Below, piece by piece: positions 29,352-39,107 of a stretch of DNA of 64,000 nucleotides (within the stretch, counting starts at the first letter, position 1; every line of letters begins with the position of its first letter). The notes beneath the pieces were generated by a model. The model was not told where the DNA came from. It ran no database searches and saw nothing but the letters and a program-made list of their open reading frames with translations. The translations under genes and the position numbers were made by a program. Source of the DNA: a bacterium (lineage in GTDB: Bacteria; SAR324; XYD2-FULL-50-16); assembly GCA_032250835.1 (NCBI GenBank), contig JAVVEA010000001.1, positions 256,001 through 320,000 on the forward strand. The letters run 5' to 3'.

Positions 29352-29363
29352 GATTGGGGGACG

Positions 29364-30167
29364 TTACTGGGTACCTACCGCCTGCTGGCGGTTGTCTGGC
29401 GTGGGGGTGGCAATGTGGCTCAAGCGGTCCAAGAAACCGGCCTTTTGCTGGCCCACCAACGGAGCCAAGGCCCCTAGGTTCAGCTTGCGGGCCTGTACTT
29501 GACGCTTGATCTGCACTTCTGAGCGCGCCAGCTTAAGAGAGCCAATCTCGTTTTTATCGCTCACGTCTTCGGGCCGGATGATCCCCTTGATCTTGGTCAC
29601 GTACCGGATGGTGTTCTGTTGGCGGTAGTCAATTTTTTCGCCAATCACCACCATGTTCCCATTGGGAAGCACCTGGGTGACCCTAGCGCTGATCGTCTTG
29701 AGCGACGCCAACACTTCGTTTTGCTCTTCTTCAACCTTGTCTTCACCGGTCACGGCGGCGGCGACGTCCAGAATCTGGTTAGCCCTGGCTGCGGCGGCTT
29801 CGGCACCGGTTCCGGCCAATGCTTGTTCGGTCACCGGGGCGGGCTTCTTCTCCTTTTTGGGGATAATGATAATGTCCGTCAGATCGGTGATGGTCAACAC
29901 GTCGTTTTTAAACCGGGCCCGATGGTCGCGCAGCAGGTTGCCCCAGCTAGATTCGTCGCGCCATAAGGAGCCTTCATAGCGGTTTTGCTCGGTCGGCACC
30001 GGCGCGCGCATGCGGTAGCTGTGTTCGCGGGTGGTGGTATAGTCCACTGCCGGTTTCTCGGGCGGCGGCGGCGGTGCAGTCATCGGCGGCAAGGGCATCG
30101 GTGACGAAGAACAGGCCGCCACAAGTCCCATGATGATCAAGCTCATCCAGATTGATTTCATTTTCAT
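29364..30167 (-). CDS. flgH: Flagellar L-ring protein (divergent)
   Basis: Lipobox LVAAC; GSLW, LLRDHRA, ISARVTQVLPNGNMVVIGEK, GIIRPEDV. Confidence 0.88.
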   Translation of the reverse strand: MKMKSIWMSLIIMGLVAACSSSPMPLPPMTAPPPPPEKPAVDYTTTREHSYRMRAPVPTEQNRYEGSLWRDESSWGNLLRDHRARFKNDVLTITDLTDIIIIPKKEKKPAPVTEQALAGTGAEAAAARANQILDVAAAVTGEDKVEEEQNEVLASLKTISARVTQVLPNGNMVVIGEKIDYRQQNTIRYVTKIKGIIRPEDVSDKNEIGSLKLARSEVQIKRQVQARKLNLGALAPLVGQQKAGFLDRLSHIATPTPDNRQQAVGTQ

Positions 30168-30175
30168 CTCCTCGC

Positions 30176-31159
30176 CTACAGGGCTACTTCAACACGTTTT
30201 TCGCTGACCACTTTCGCGTAGATGGTGCGTCCATGTTCACCTAAGATACGAACCGGAATCACGTCTCCCAGCTTAGCGCTACGCAGGGCAATGGCGGTGT
30301 TCGACAGAAACAGGCGCTCGGTCTCGTAAACTAATTGTACCGGCTGGCCTTTCTCTAAAATCACCGGTTCTTCTACCAGATGGCTGCGGATCGCCTCGTT
30401 TTTGGAGATGTCGCGCCGGGCCTGCTGGCCCACCACTAAATCAGCGTCCCGTTTGATCCCGCGCGGCTCGTTGGAAATGTCTTTGGTGAGGGTCGTTAAA
30501 TCGCCTTGGGCGATCACTTGATCTTGAGGGATCATGCCCTTAGCCACCACCACCTCGTCGATCACCGACACCTTGGCGCGGACAATCAACTTCTTATAGA
30601 GCTTACCGTCCACTTCCAACCGCAAGGTCCATGAGCCCACGCCGCCCACTCTTTGGGGCGAGCCGATCCGGTTGATTTGGTAACTAGCCTCTCCTTTGGG
30701 GATAAACTCGTCACGCAGGTGGCTGCTGATTTCGACGTTGACCTCTTTATATTCCTTAAAGTTCTTTTTGATCTCTTCGGTGATCACTTCGGTCAATTGC
30801 TCTTTGGTGACCTTAATGCTCGCACGGCTGACCAGGACGTTTTTAGGCGTCTTGAGCTTAAATTGGTCCGGATGGATCAGGCCTTTTAGCTTAGCCGAAA
30901 CCTGAGCTTCAGAAATCCGGTAGCTGCGTCCGGGCATGGGGCTGCGGCCAATTTCCAGCTTAGACAGCTTATCAATTAAATCAATATCAAAGCCGTCTAA
31001 CTCGGCAATATCGCCCAGTGCATAGGTCTCTGAGTAGACCACCGACTCGGGCAGCACCCTAATCTCGATCTGATGCAAGGTAGAATCCGCCGGAGCCGCC
31101 CAGAGCAAAGGAGCGTAGATCAAGGCCAAAAGGCTAAAAAGTAGGCTGATGCGTTTCAT
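30176..31159 (-). CDS. flgA: P-ring chaperone FlgA
   Basis: Signal peptide; LGDIAE; SAF-like LVGQQARR...PVILEKGQPV...GDVIPVR; between flgG and flgH. Start at 31159 or 31165. Confidence 0.88.
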   Translation of the reverse strand: MKRISLLFSLLALIYAPLLWAAPADSTLHQIEIRVLPESVVYSETYALGDIAELDGFDIDLIDKLSKLEIGRSPMPGRSYRISEAQVSAKLKGLIHPDQFKLKTPKNVLVSRASIKVTKEQLTEVITEEIKKNFKEYKEVNVEISSHLRDEFIPKGEASYQINRIGSPQRVGGVGSWTLRLEVDGKLYKKLIVRAKVSVIDEVVVAKGMIPQDQVIAQGDLTTLTKDISNEPRGIKRDADLVVGQQARRDISKNEAIRSHLVEEPVILEKGQPVQLVYETERLFLSNTAIALRSAKLGDVIPVRILGEHGRTIYAKVVSEKRVEVAL

Positions 31160-31169
31160 GGTCATCCCC

Positions 31170-31958
31170 TTAGCGAACAATGTTCACCGCTGTTTGCAAC
31201 ATATTGTCTGAAGTCTGGATCGACTTGGAGTTCACCTCATAGGCCCGCTGGGCGACGATCATGTTAACCATCTCGTCCACCACACTGACGTTGGACTTTT
31301 CCAAGAAACCTTGGCTAACCAGTCCGATCCCGTCTTGACCGGGGTCCGCATTGACCGGAGCGCCCGAAGCAGCCGTGGCCATAAAGAGGTTTTTGCCGAT
31401 TGGGTTTAGACCTGCGGGGTTGATGAATTTGGCTAATTGGATGTTGCCGATCCTAGTCGGGGTCGGGTCATCGCCCACTAAAATCTGGACCACGCCGTCT
31501 TGAGAGATCACTAATTTGGTAGCCTCAGGGGGCACCACGATTTCGGGTTCCATGGGGTACCCATCTGCATTAACCACCCGCCCGTTGGCATCGCGCTGCC
31601 AAGCCCCATCGCGCGAATAGCTGATCGAGCCGTTGGGGCGCAGGACCTGAAAAAAGCCGTCGCCATCGATGCTGATGTCGAGGTCGTGGCCCGTGTGGGT
31701 CAAGTTACCCTGACTGAATACCTTTTGGGTGCCGATCAACTTAACACCGTGGCCTTTATGTAAACCCGTGGGGCTGATGGTGTTGGAGCTAGTGGCGCTA
31801 CCGGCGACGATCTCGTTAGAATAGAGCAGGTCCTGGAAGTTGTTGCGGCTTTGTTTGAAGCCGTTGGTATTAACGTTCGCCAGGTTGTTCGAAATGGTAT
31901 CGATTTGTGACTGCTGGGCGCTCATGCCGGTCGCCGAGGTATAAAGTGAGGTCATCAT
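31170..31958 (-). CDS. flgG: Distal rod protein FlgG
   Basis: ATGMSAQQ, NNLANVNTNGFK, FQDLLY, LEKSNV..VDEMVNMIVAQRAYEVNSK. Confidence 0.97.
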   Translation of the reverse strand: MMTSLYTSATGMSAQQSQIDTISNNLANVNTNGFKQSRNNFQDLLYSNEIVAGSATSSNTISPTGLHKGHGVKLIGTQKVFSQGNLTHTGHDLDISIDGDGFFQVLRPNGSISYSRDGAWQRDANGRVVNADGYPMEPEIVVPPEATKLVISQDGVVQILVGDDPTPTRIGNIQLAKFINPAGLNPIGKNLFMATAASGAPVNADPGQDGIGLVSQGFLEKSNVSVVDEMVNMIVAQRAYEVNSKSIQTSDNMLQTAVNIVR

Positions 31959-31982
31959 GACGGGTTATCTCCTGATATTTGG

Positions 31983-32753
31983 TTAAACGCGGGCGATGTT
32001 GATCACCTGGCCGCTTAGTTCATCGTTGCTTTTAAGTGCCTTTTGAGCCGCTTCGTAATGGCGGTTCAGGGTGATCATTTCCACCATTTCCTCGACCGTT
32101 TCCACGTTAGAACCTTCATAGATCCCCTGGTGGATAACCACGTCGCTTTGAGGAATCGGCACCTGGGCGTCGGAGCCCGGTACCCAAAGACTGTTGCCCA
32201 ACTTAGTCAAGCGGTCGGGCTGTTCGAAATTGGCGATTTTAAGTCGGTCTACCTTTTGGTTGTCTACCATCACCGAACCGTCACGACCCACGGCGAAGCT
32301 TTTGCCGTCAATCTTGATGGGTCCGTTTTCGCCTAAGACTTTTTCGCCACCGTTGGTGATCAAATAGCCTTGCGCGTCTTGCATAAACCGGCCGTTGCGG
32401 GTGTAGGCCGTGCCGTGCTCACCCTCTACGGTAAAGAAGCCGGATTTTTGCAGGCTTAAGTCAAAGGGGTTTTGGGTTGGCGTCATCTTGCCGTTGGACA
32501 TGCGCGCGGCCACGTGATCCGGAGCCACAAATGAAGAGTGGCTACGAGTCAGCGGGGAGATAAACTGCTCATGGGAAAAGCTCTCTTGTTCGGATTCCAG
32601 ATCTTGCATGGAGTATTCGTTAAATACTTCCTTAAAGAGCACCGTATCTTTTTTGTAGCCCGGCGTGTTGACGTTGGCCAAGTTGTTGGCTACCGCGTCC
32701 ATCTGCCGTTGCTGGCCCTTCAGGGCGGACATTAGAGAGAAAATCGAATCCAT
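31983..32753 (-). CDS. flgF: Proximal rod protein FlgF
   Basis: ANNLANVNTPGYK, YTRNGRF, EGSNVETVEEMVEMI; precedes flgG. Confidence 0.9.
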   Translation of the reverse strand: MDSIFSLMSALKGQQRQMDAVANNLANVNTPGYKKDTVLFKEVFNEYSMQDLESEQESFSHEQFISPLTRSHSSFVAPDHVAARMSNGKMTPTQNPFDLSLQKSGFFTVEGEHGTAYTRNGRFMQDAQGYLITNGGEKVLGENGPIKIDGKSFAVGRDGSVMVDNQKVDRLKIANFEQPDRLTKLGNSLWVPGSDAQVPIPQSDVVIHQGIYEGSNVETVEEMVEMITLNRHYEAAQKALKSNDELSGQVINIARV

Positions 32754-32800
32754 GGCTTTAAGCTCCTTGGGGAAAGTAGATCTTTCTTCAAGGTTTGAAA

Positions 32801-32816
32801 TGCATTGCCTATGCCA
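32801..32816 (-). promoter_or_regulatory. Sigma-54 promoter of the flgF operon
   Basis: Minus strand TGGCATAGGCAATGCA (GG-N10-GC), 47 nt upstream of the flgF ATG. Confidence 0.75.
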
Positions 32817-32920
32817 GCATGGAGGCCCTTAAGAATGGCTAGGGCCAAGCCAAAAGATTCCCCCCGCAAAGGGGGCCATAAAGGAAGGAGTATAAAGAAA
32901 GTTTAAAGCAGAAACCGGAC

Positions 32921-35900
32921 CTAAGCGGGACCCTGTTGGACTTCTTCAAAGAAGAAGCGGCCCCAAAGCTCTAAAGATTCCACCAGCTTTTCGGGCATCA
33001 GCGGTTTGGTTAAATGTCCGTCAAACCCCTGGGTGCTGTAGGCCAACAGGTCTTCGGTCGAGGTGTTGGCCGTCAAGGCGATGATCTTAGGGCGGGCCGA
33101 ACCCAACTGGTCCCAGATTTTCTGGGCCGCTTGCATGCCGTCTAATAGCGGCATTTGGATATCCATCAAGACCAAATGCACCCCACCTACGCAGGCCTTC
33201 TGGACCGCCTCTTGCCCGTCTTTAGCTAGTTCAACGCTATAACCAAGCCGCTCTAACATCTTAGAGGCTAACTTGAGGTTTAAAGGGTTGTCGTCGGCCA
33301 CCAGAATGTTCATGGGGTATTTACGCCCCAAGTCAGGGTAATGGGTTTTCTCGCGTTTTTTAGATTTGGCCGAGGTGCCGCCCAAGGCGTGTTTGAGGGA
33401 TTCAAACAGGGGTTTTAGGCGTACCGGGTTAGGCAAAGCCCAGGCGTCGCGTTTGGCATCATGCCCATTGCGCAGGTAACGCACCGGGCAAGGGGCCGAC
33501 TGCTTGAGCTCAGCCACCAACGCCATAGCGTCCAACCCTTCAAGCCGATTATCCACTAAGATCAGGTCTAGAGGTTGTTTCAAGACCTCTGGGCTATAAA
33601 AACGCGAGGTCACCTGGGTAACCGAGAAGCCCCAGAACTCAAGCCGTTCGGTGAGCATATCGCGCTTGGGTGCCAAATCGCCGATCCACAAAACTCTTTT
33701 ACCCAAAAAGCTCTCTTGGTGGGGGCGTTCCCATTCGCCTTGTAAGCGGTGGTAGGGCTTGAGCGGAATATCTACAAAAAACTCACTGCCCACTCCGGCC
33801 TGACTGTTTAGCCCAATCTGGCCATCCATCAACTGCACCAGCTTCGCGCTGATCGCCAAACCTAAGCCGGTGCCGCCATATTTTCGGCTCAATGAGCTAT
33901 CCACTTGGCTAAAGGCTTCAAAAAGCCCGGACTGCTGTTCTTTGGTGATCCCGATCCCCGTGTCGGTCACGCTTAGGCGCAAGACACCCGGACTCGGGAG
34001 GCTCCAGCTTAAAGAGATCGCGCCCTGGTCGGTGAATTTGATGGCGTTGCCCGCCAAGTTCAGCATGATTTGGTTCAGGCGGGTTTCATCGGCCAAGACG
34101 GAAACCGGAAGCTCCGGTGAAATGCGGGTAAACAGTTCTAATCCCTTGGTCGCCGCCTGGACTTCCAACATTTCCACCACCCGCTCAGACAAATCCACCA
34201 GATCAACCCGGCTCTCGATCAACTGCATCCGACCGGCTTCGATCTTCGAATAGTCTAAAATACCGTTGAGGATTTTTAAGAGATTTTCACCGGACATCAA
34301 AATGGATTCAATATAGTCCTGCTGGTCTGCGTCGAGCTTGGTGTCGCACATCAAGTGAGACATCCCTAAGACCGAGTTTAGCGGCGTTCGTATCTCGTGG
34401 CTCATGGTGGCCAAAAATTCCGCTTTGGCGCGGACCGCAGACCTAGCTTCTTCGTTGGCTTGCCTTAGTTGGTTTTCGATCCGCTTAAGTCCGGTGATGT
34501 CCACCACAAAGGTAATCGCCTTGCGTTGCTGGTTTACGCCCGTAAAAAAGGCGGATTTGGACAAAAGACAGAGGTCTTCACCGTCTGGGCTGGTTAAGGG
34601 CCATTCGCGGGTTTTACCCTCGTCTTTGGCCGCTTCTGCGTCTTTAGGGAAAACCACCAAGTCGCTGGGGAAGTAGTCTTCAAGTTTACGGTCCGTCAGT
34701 TCCTCGGACTCTAATCCAAAATAAACCCCCAGGGCGGGATTGGCGTATTCGATGTTGTGGTCCGGGCTGCTCACCAAAATCCCCACCGGGCTATGCTCCA
34801 CGAAGGTACGAAAGCGCAGTTCCGAAGCAAATAAAGCCTCTTCAGCCCCCTTGCGTTCGCTCAGTTCAAAGTGGATGCGGTGGTAAATCTGTTCCAATTC
34901 TTCGGTGGACTTGTTGACTTGATCTTCCAGCCATTGGTTGGCCAGTTTTAAGTCCCGTTCAGCGCGGCTCTTTTTCCAAAAATAAAAGGCCAAATAAAAG
35001 GTCGCCAAACCCAACAACAAACAAAGAAACATCACCAAAGCTAAGATCCACCCTGGGTAACCGGTTTCCTGGGCTTCGATCAGTTGCGCTTGGCTCGGCA
35101 ATAGGCTCAGGTCAACATCTAAGACGTCCAAACGAGCCTGATCGTACCAAATTTCGCTCGGCCCGACCCAGACCGGCTCGGAGCGGCCCTGCTCTATTTG
35201 CTGCACCACTAAACCAGCCAGTTTGTGGCCCTGATCTTTCGCACTCAGCACCGGCCCGCCCAAAGCCCCCCAACTGATTTGGTAAGCATAGAGCGGTAAA
35301 ACCGGTCGCTCTAAAAAACTATCGGGTAATTTCCCTTGGGCTTCGAGGGCGGCGGAGTAACCCAACACCACCATACTATCGGGTCCGGCCTGTTCAATCT
35401 CCGCGTCCAGTTGGGCCGCAGAGAGGCGATCTAAAAAGATGAACGTCTTATCGCTAAAAGCCAGGGCTAGCTGTTCGAAGCGCTGCCTTAAGTCAAAACC
35501 CGGGCCTAGGCTGTCGTTAACAACAAATATTTCTTGGGTATTTTTAAAGAGCCGCAAACCGGAAGTTAAAACCTGACGCAGGTCTGGCTCCATCCCGACA
35601 CCGCTCACGCCGCCAATGTAAGACAAAGAAGAAATGGGATATTGGCTCCCGACCAAGAGCGGCGTCTCTCCCCAAAAAGTACGACCTTGGGATTCTAGCC
35701 AATTTAAGACCGGAAGATCCAAGGCCAAAATCACCGAAGGGCGTCGCTTTTTAAAGCTGGTGGACATCAACTCAGCCAGCAGTTGGGCTGAAGTGGGATC
35801 GGCGAGGTCTTGGGAATCTAAGAAGCGGTAGGTAACCGGAACCTTGAGCCCCATGGTGTTCAGACGGGCTTCAAAAGAATCGCGGACCGCGAGGTTCCAA

Positions 35901-36010
35901 GGATTTTCTACCCCGCGGCTCGAAAGCGCAAGTACCCCTTCGGCCCAGCAGGAGGGGGCCGCTATCAGGCCCCAAAGGGCCACTAGCAGGAGAAGGGTCT
36001 TGGTCTTCAT
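32921..36010 (-). CDS. Hybrid sensor histidine kinase (periplasmic sensor, TM, PAS, HisKA, HATPase, two REC domains)
   Basis: FLATMSHEIRTPLN, NLAGNAIKFT, DTGIGI, GGTGLGLAIS, ILVADDN...VLMDIQMP. Confidence 0.95.
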   Translation of the reverse strand: MKTKTLLLLVALWGLIAAPSCWAEGVLALSSRGVENPWNLAVRDSFEARLNTMGLKVPVTYRFLDSQDLADPTSAQLLAELMSTSFKKRRPSVILALDLPVLNWLESQGRTFWGETPLLVGSQYPISSLSYIGGVSGVGMEPDLRQVLTSGLRLFKNTQEIFVVNDSLGPGFDLRQRFEQLALAFSDKTFIFLDRLSAAQLDAEIEQAGPDSMVVLGYSAALEAQGKLPDSFLERPVLPLYAYQISWGALGGPVLSAKDQGHKLAGLVVQQIEQGRSEPVWVGPSEIWYDQARLDVLDVDLSLLPSQAQLIEAQETGYPGWILALVMFLCLLLGLATFYLAFYFWKKSRAERDLKLANQWLEDQVNKSTEELEQIYHRIHFELSERKGAEEALFASELRFRTFVEHSPVGILVSSPDHNIEYANPALGVYFGLESEELTDRKLEDYFPSDLVVFPKDAEAAKDEGKTREWPLTSPDGEDLCLLSKSAFFTGVNQQRKAITFVVDITGLKRIENQLRQANEEARSAVRAKAEFLATMSHEIRTPLNSVLGMSHLMCDTKLDADQQDYIESILMSGENLLKILNGILDYSKIEAGRMQLIESRVDLVDLSERVVEMLEVQAATKGLELFTRISPELPVSVLADETRLNQIMLNLAGNAIKFTDQGAISLSWSLPSPGVLRLSVTDTGIGITKEQQSGLFEAFSQVDSSLSRKYGGTGLGLAISAKLVQLMDGQIGLNSQAGVGSEFFVDIPLKPYHRLQGEWERPHQESFLGKRVLWIGDLAPKRDMLTERLEFWGFSVTQVTSRFYSPEVLKQPLDLILVDNRLEGLDAMALVAELKQSAPCPVRYLRNGHDAKRDAWALPNPVRLKPLFESLKHALGGTSAKSKKREKTHYPDLGRKYPMNILVADDNPLNLKLASKMLERLGYSVELAKDGQEAVQKACVGGVHLVLMDIQMPLLDGMQAAQKIWDQLGSARPKIIALTANTSTEDLLAYSTQGFDGHLTKPLMPEKLVESLELWGRFFFEEVQQGPA

Positions 36011-36189
36011 GGGTTATCTAGGGATTAGTGCCTAGGTTTGTTACAAGAGTAACCCAGAAGAACCTCCTTGGCCAGTAAAAAAAGGGACCTACAGGCAATT
36101 TGGGAGACCTCTAGTAGGGTGTCTTAAGTATGCCCTAGTTTATCAGACCTAAGATAAAGGTCCTACTAACAGATATAATAGCCCTGGGA

Positions 36190-37623
36190 CTATTCTGACA
36201 GCGATTTACCGAAACGCAAAATCCAACCAATAAACCGGTGGGTCCATCGGCCGTATGGAGGGTAAAAGGGGCCCATCAGGTCTAAAGCAGATTGGTGGTA
36301 GACCGATTTATCGTGGCTGAAGCTCAAGAAACCTTCACGCCCATGATACCGGCCCATGCCGCTAGCTCCAACGCCACCAAAGGGCAAGTCGTCTTGGGCG
36401 ATTTGCATCAAACAATGGTTGATCGCCGCTCCGCCCGAATGCGTCGAACGCAAGACCCTTTGGGCCTCCCTAGACTTTTTAGTGAACACATACAAAGCCA
36501 AGGGACGCGGACGCGCATTGACATAATCAATAGCCTCTTGAAGATTTTGATACCCGATTACCGGCAATAGGGGACCAAAGATTTCTTCCTTTAGCAGGGC
36601 TGCTTCTGGCGGCACATCGGCCAGCACCACCGGGGCCACTTTGCGCTGCTGCTCGTAAAAGATAGGCCCGCGCACCAAACGGAATTCCGAGGCCCCTAGG
36701 CTCATCGCCTCGGTATATAGTTCCTTCATGCGCTCAAAGGCTGCAGGGGAAATCAAGCTGGTGTATTGCGGATTCGGCTCTACCTCAGGGATCATCTCTT
36801 CTGCCGCCGTCCTTAAGCACTGCAAAAAAGCTTCGCGCTGGGCGGTGGGGACCAAGACATAATCAGGAGCGACGCAGGTTTGCCCCGCATTGAGGAGCTT
36901 TCCGTTCAAGATCCGCTGGGCGGCTTTTTTTAGATCCGCCGCCGAGGTGACCAACGCCGGACTTTTGCCGCCCAATTCCAGGGTTAACGGCGTGAGGTTC
37001 TTGGCCGCCGCCGACATCACCATCTTGCCCACCTTAGTGGAACCGGTAAACAGGAGGTGGTCGAAGGGTAGGCTCGCGAAAGCGGCCCCAACATCGGGCC
37101 CGCCGATCACACAAGCGATTTGATCTTCCGAGTAATAACGCGCCAACAACTGAGCCAGCAATTCACTGAACCGGGGGGTCTGTTCGGGCAATTTGACCAT
37201 CACCCGGTTTCCGGCGGCTAAGGCTCCGGTTAAAGGGCCTAAGGCAAGATAAAGAGGATAGTTCCAAGGAACGATCACGCCGACTACGCCCAGAGGCTGA
37301 TACAATACCTGATTGCGGTTGAAATAAAACCAAATCGAACTGCTTCGTTCCTGGGGCAACATCCAGCTACGCAGCTGTTTGAGCGCATGGCGTAGCCCCT
37401 CTACACTCACCAAGACTTCCGAAATCCGGATTTCTGTGGCGCTACGCTGGCCAAAGTCGGCGCTAATGGCCGCTTCTAGTGCTAGGTGGTTTTCTTTCAG
37501 TAGCTGGATCAAGAGACGGAGGTTTTTCGCCCGTTCTTTTAGCTTAGGGTAGCGGTCGGCTTCAAAGGCTTTTTTTTGCTGCCAGAAGAGTTGTTCTAGC
37601 TGGGCGGGGCTGGTGGCCTTCAT
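36190..37623 (-). CDS. calB: Coniferyl-aldehyde-dehydrogenase-like ALDH
   Basis: PLGVVGVIVPWNYP, FDHLLFTGS, LELGGKSP, NAGQTCVAPDY, EEIFGP, QDDLPFGGVG; likely ATG at 37623. Confidence 0.8.
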   Translation of the reverse strand: MKATSPAQLEQLFWQQKKAFEADRYPKLKERAKNLRLLIQLLKENHLALEAAISADFGQRSATEIRISEVLVSVEGLRHALKQLRSWMLPQERSSSIWFYFNRNQVLYQPLGVVGVIVPWNYPLYLALGPLTGALAAGNRVMVKLPEQTPRFSELLAQLLARYYSEDQIACVIGGPDVGAAFASLPFDHLLFTGSTKVGKMVMSAAAKNLTPLTLELGGKSPALVTSAADLKKAAQRILNGKLLNAGQTCVAPDYVLVPTAQREAFLQCLRTAAEEMIPEVEPNPQYTSLISPAAFERMKELYTEAMSLGASEFRLVRGPIFYEQQRKVAPVVLADVPPEAALLKEEIFGPLLPVIGYQNLQEAIDYVNARPRPLALYVFTKKSREAQRVLRSTHSGGAAINHCLMQIAQDDLPFGGVGASGMGRYHGREGFLSFSHDKSVYHQSALDLMGPFYPPYGRWTHRFIGWILRFGKSLSE

Positions 37624-37865
37624 GGTTGGTTTGCGTCGCTTAGAGGCGTTTGTTGCCAATGGATACAGCTCCCCGAACATTGGTCCATGGCTTGCTGGAT
37701 CAGTTCCGGTGAAGCCCCACTGGGCCGGTGGACAAAGGCGGTGCCATCGTCATCGGCTCCAAAGACTTGCGGTAAGCTGTTGCTACAATTACCACATTGC
37801 ACGCAGGACTCCTGATCGATCCAGACCAAGGGCTGCAATTTTAAGCTGTTCTGCGGAGGATTCAT
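37620..37865 (-). CDS. Single-cluster ferredoxin
   Basis: CVQCGNC...PQVF...CSGSCIHW. Confidence 0.85.
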   Translation of the reverse strand: MNPPQNSLKLQPLVWIDQESCVQCGNCSNSLPQVFGADDDGTAFVHRPSGASPELIQQAMDQCSGSCIHWQQTPLSDANQP

Positions 37866-37902
37866 GAAGTAAAAATACCGACCCCAGGTCTTTGGGGCAA
37901 GT

Positions 37903-38109
37903 TTAATCCTCGTCTTTCCAATGGATGCACTCTCCAGGACAGGAATCTATGGATTCTTGGATCTCCTCTTGGGGGGCACCGGCGGGATTGTGGACGTAGG
38001 CTAGGTCATCGTCATCCATGGCAAAAACTTCGGGCAACTCGTCTGTGCATAGTTGGCAACTGGTGCAGGCATCACGGTCTACATAGACCAAGCGAATGGG
38101 CTTATTCAT
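37903..38109 (-). CDS. Single-cluster ferredoxin
   Basis: CTSCQLC...PEVF...CPGECIHW; GGAGGA RBS before ATG 38109. Confidence 0.9.
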   Translation of the reverse strand: MNKPIRLVYVDRDACTSCQLCTDELPEVFAMDDDDLAYVHNPAGAPQEEIQESIDSCPGECIHWKDED

Positions 38110-38183
38110 GGCTCCTCCATTCAATAGGGTTTTTAATTCTTGGCTTTATTGTACCCAAAGAACTAAGCCCTTAACGTAAAGGG

Positions 38184-39107
38184 TTAGACAAAATAGTACC
38201 TATTCAGTGCCATATACAACCAAAGCCCGATCCAGAGAAACCACCATTGCCGCTCAAGCAATAAGACCAAACGGTGGATCTCTGGGGCTTCGGGCCTTTG
38301 GTTGCCGTCGCCGATCCAAGGGGCCTCATCTAGCTGCCCTTCACGCCAGACCGGCCCCCCCAGCTGAACCCCCAAGGCCCCCGCAGCAGAGGCTTCGCTC
38401 CAACCGGAATTAGGCGAAGCCGTCACCCCCCGGTCGCGCCAACCAATCGCCCAGGCGGCCTTCGAAGCACCAGCCAGCCCCCAAAGCAGCCAAGAAAGCC
38501 GCGCCCCAAGCCAGTTAAAGAAATCGTCCAGCTTAGCGGCCGCCCAACCATAGGCCAAATAGCGGGTATTTCGGTAGCCGATCATGCTATCTAAGGTACT
38601 GGTCCACTTAAATAGCAACAGGCCCGGCAAACCAAAGGCCAGATAGGCCAAAAGGGGACTCAGGAATCCATCCACCCAGTTTTCCGCAAGGCTTTCTAGG
38701 GTCGCTCGGACCATGGCGGGGGGGTCCATCGGGGCGGTTTCGCGGCTGACTAGATAAGAGGTGTGATAACGCGCGGCCTCTGGGTCACCTTCTAATAACG
38801 ATCCAGCCACCTTGCGCCCCTGGGCGATCAAATCCCCGTAGGCCAGCAGTAGATAAAGCAAAAAACCTTCCAAGGCCCATGCGAGCCAGGGTTGGTACTT
38901 AGCCGCCAAATCCAACAAGCCTAGGGGTAATAAACACACCACCAAGCCGCCCAAAGCCCAATGCAGCACCCCGCCCAGCCGTTTTAAAGGATAAAACCAA
39001 GCCTCCAGTAGGTGCGAAAGTCTGCCCATCAAACGGACCGGGTGCCAACAGACCGGCGGGTCGCCCCAAATCCGGTCTAACAGCATGGCCAGAACCAGCA
39101 GCTCCAT
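38184..39107 (-). CDS. cbiB: Adenosylcobinamide-phosphate synthase CbiB
   Basis: GDP..WHPV, LVSRET, ESLAEN..DG, TLDSMIGY, AAKLDD, SPNSGW.EA..AGALGV.LGG. Confidence 0.93.
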   Translation of the reverse strand: MELLVLAMLLDRIWGDPPVCWHPVRLMGRLSHLLEAWFYPLKRLGGVLHWALGGLVVCLLPLGLLDLAAKYQPWLAWALEGFLLYLLLAYGDLIAQGRKVAGSLLEGDPEAARYHTSYLVSRETAPMDPPAMVRATLESLAENWVDGFLSPLLAYLAFGLPGLLLFKWTSTLDSMIGYRNTRYLAYGWAAAKLDDFFNWLGARLSWLLWGLAGASKAAWAIGWRDRGVTASPNSGWSEASAAGALGVQLGGPVWREGQLDEAPWIGDGNQRPEAPEIHRLVLLLERQWWFLWIGLWLYMALNRYYFV

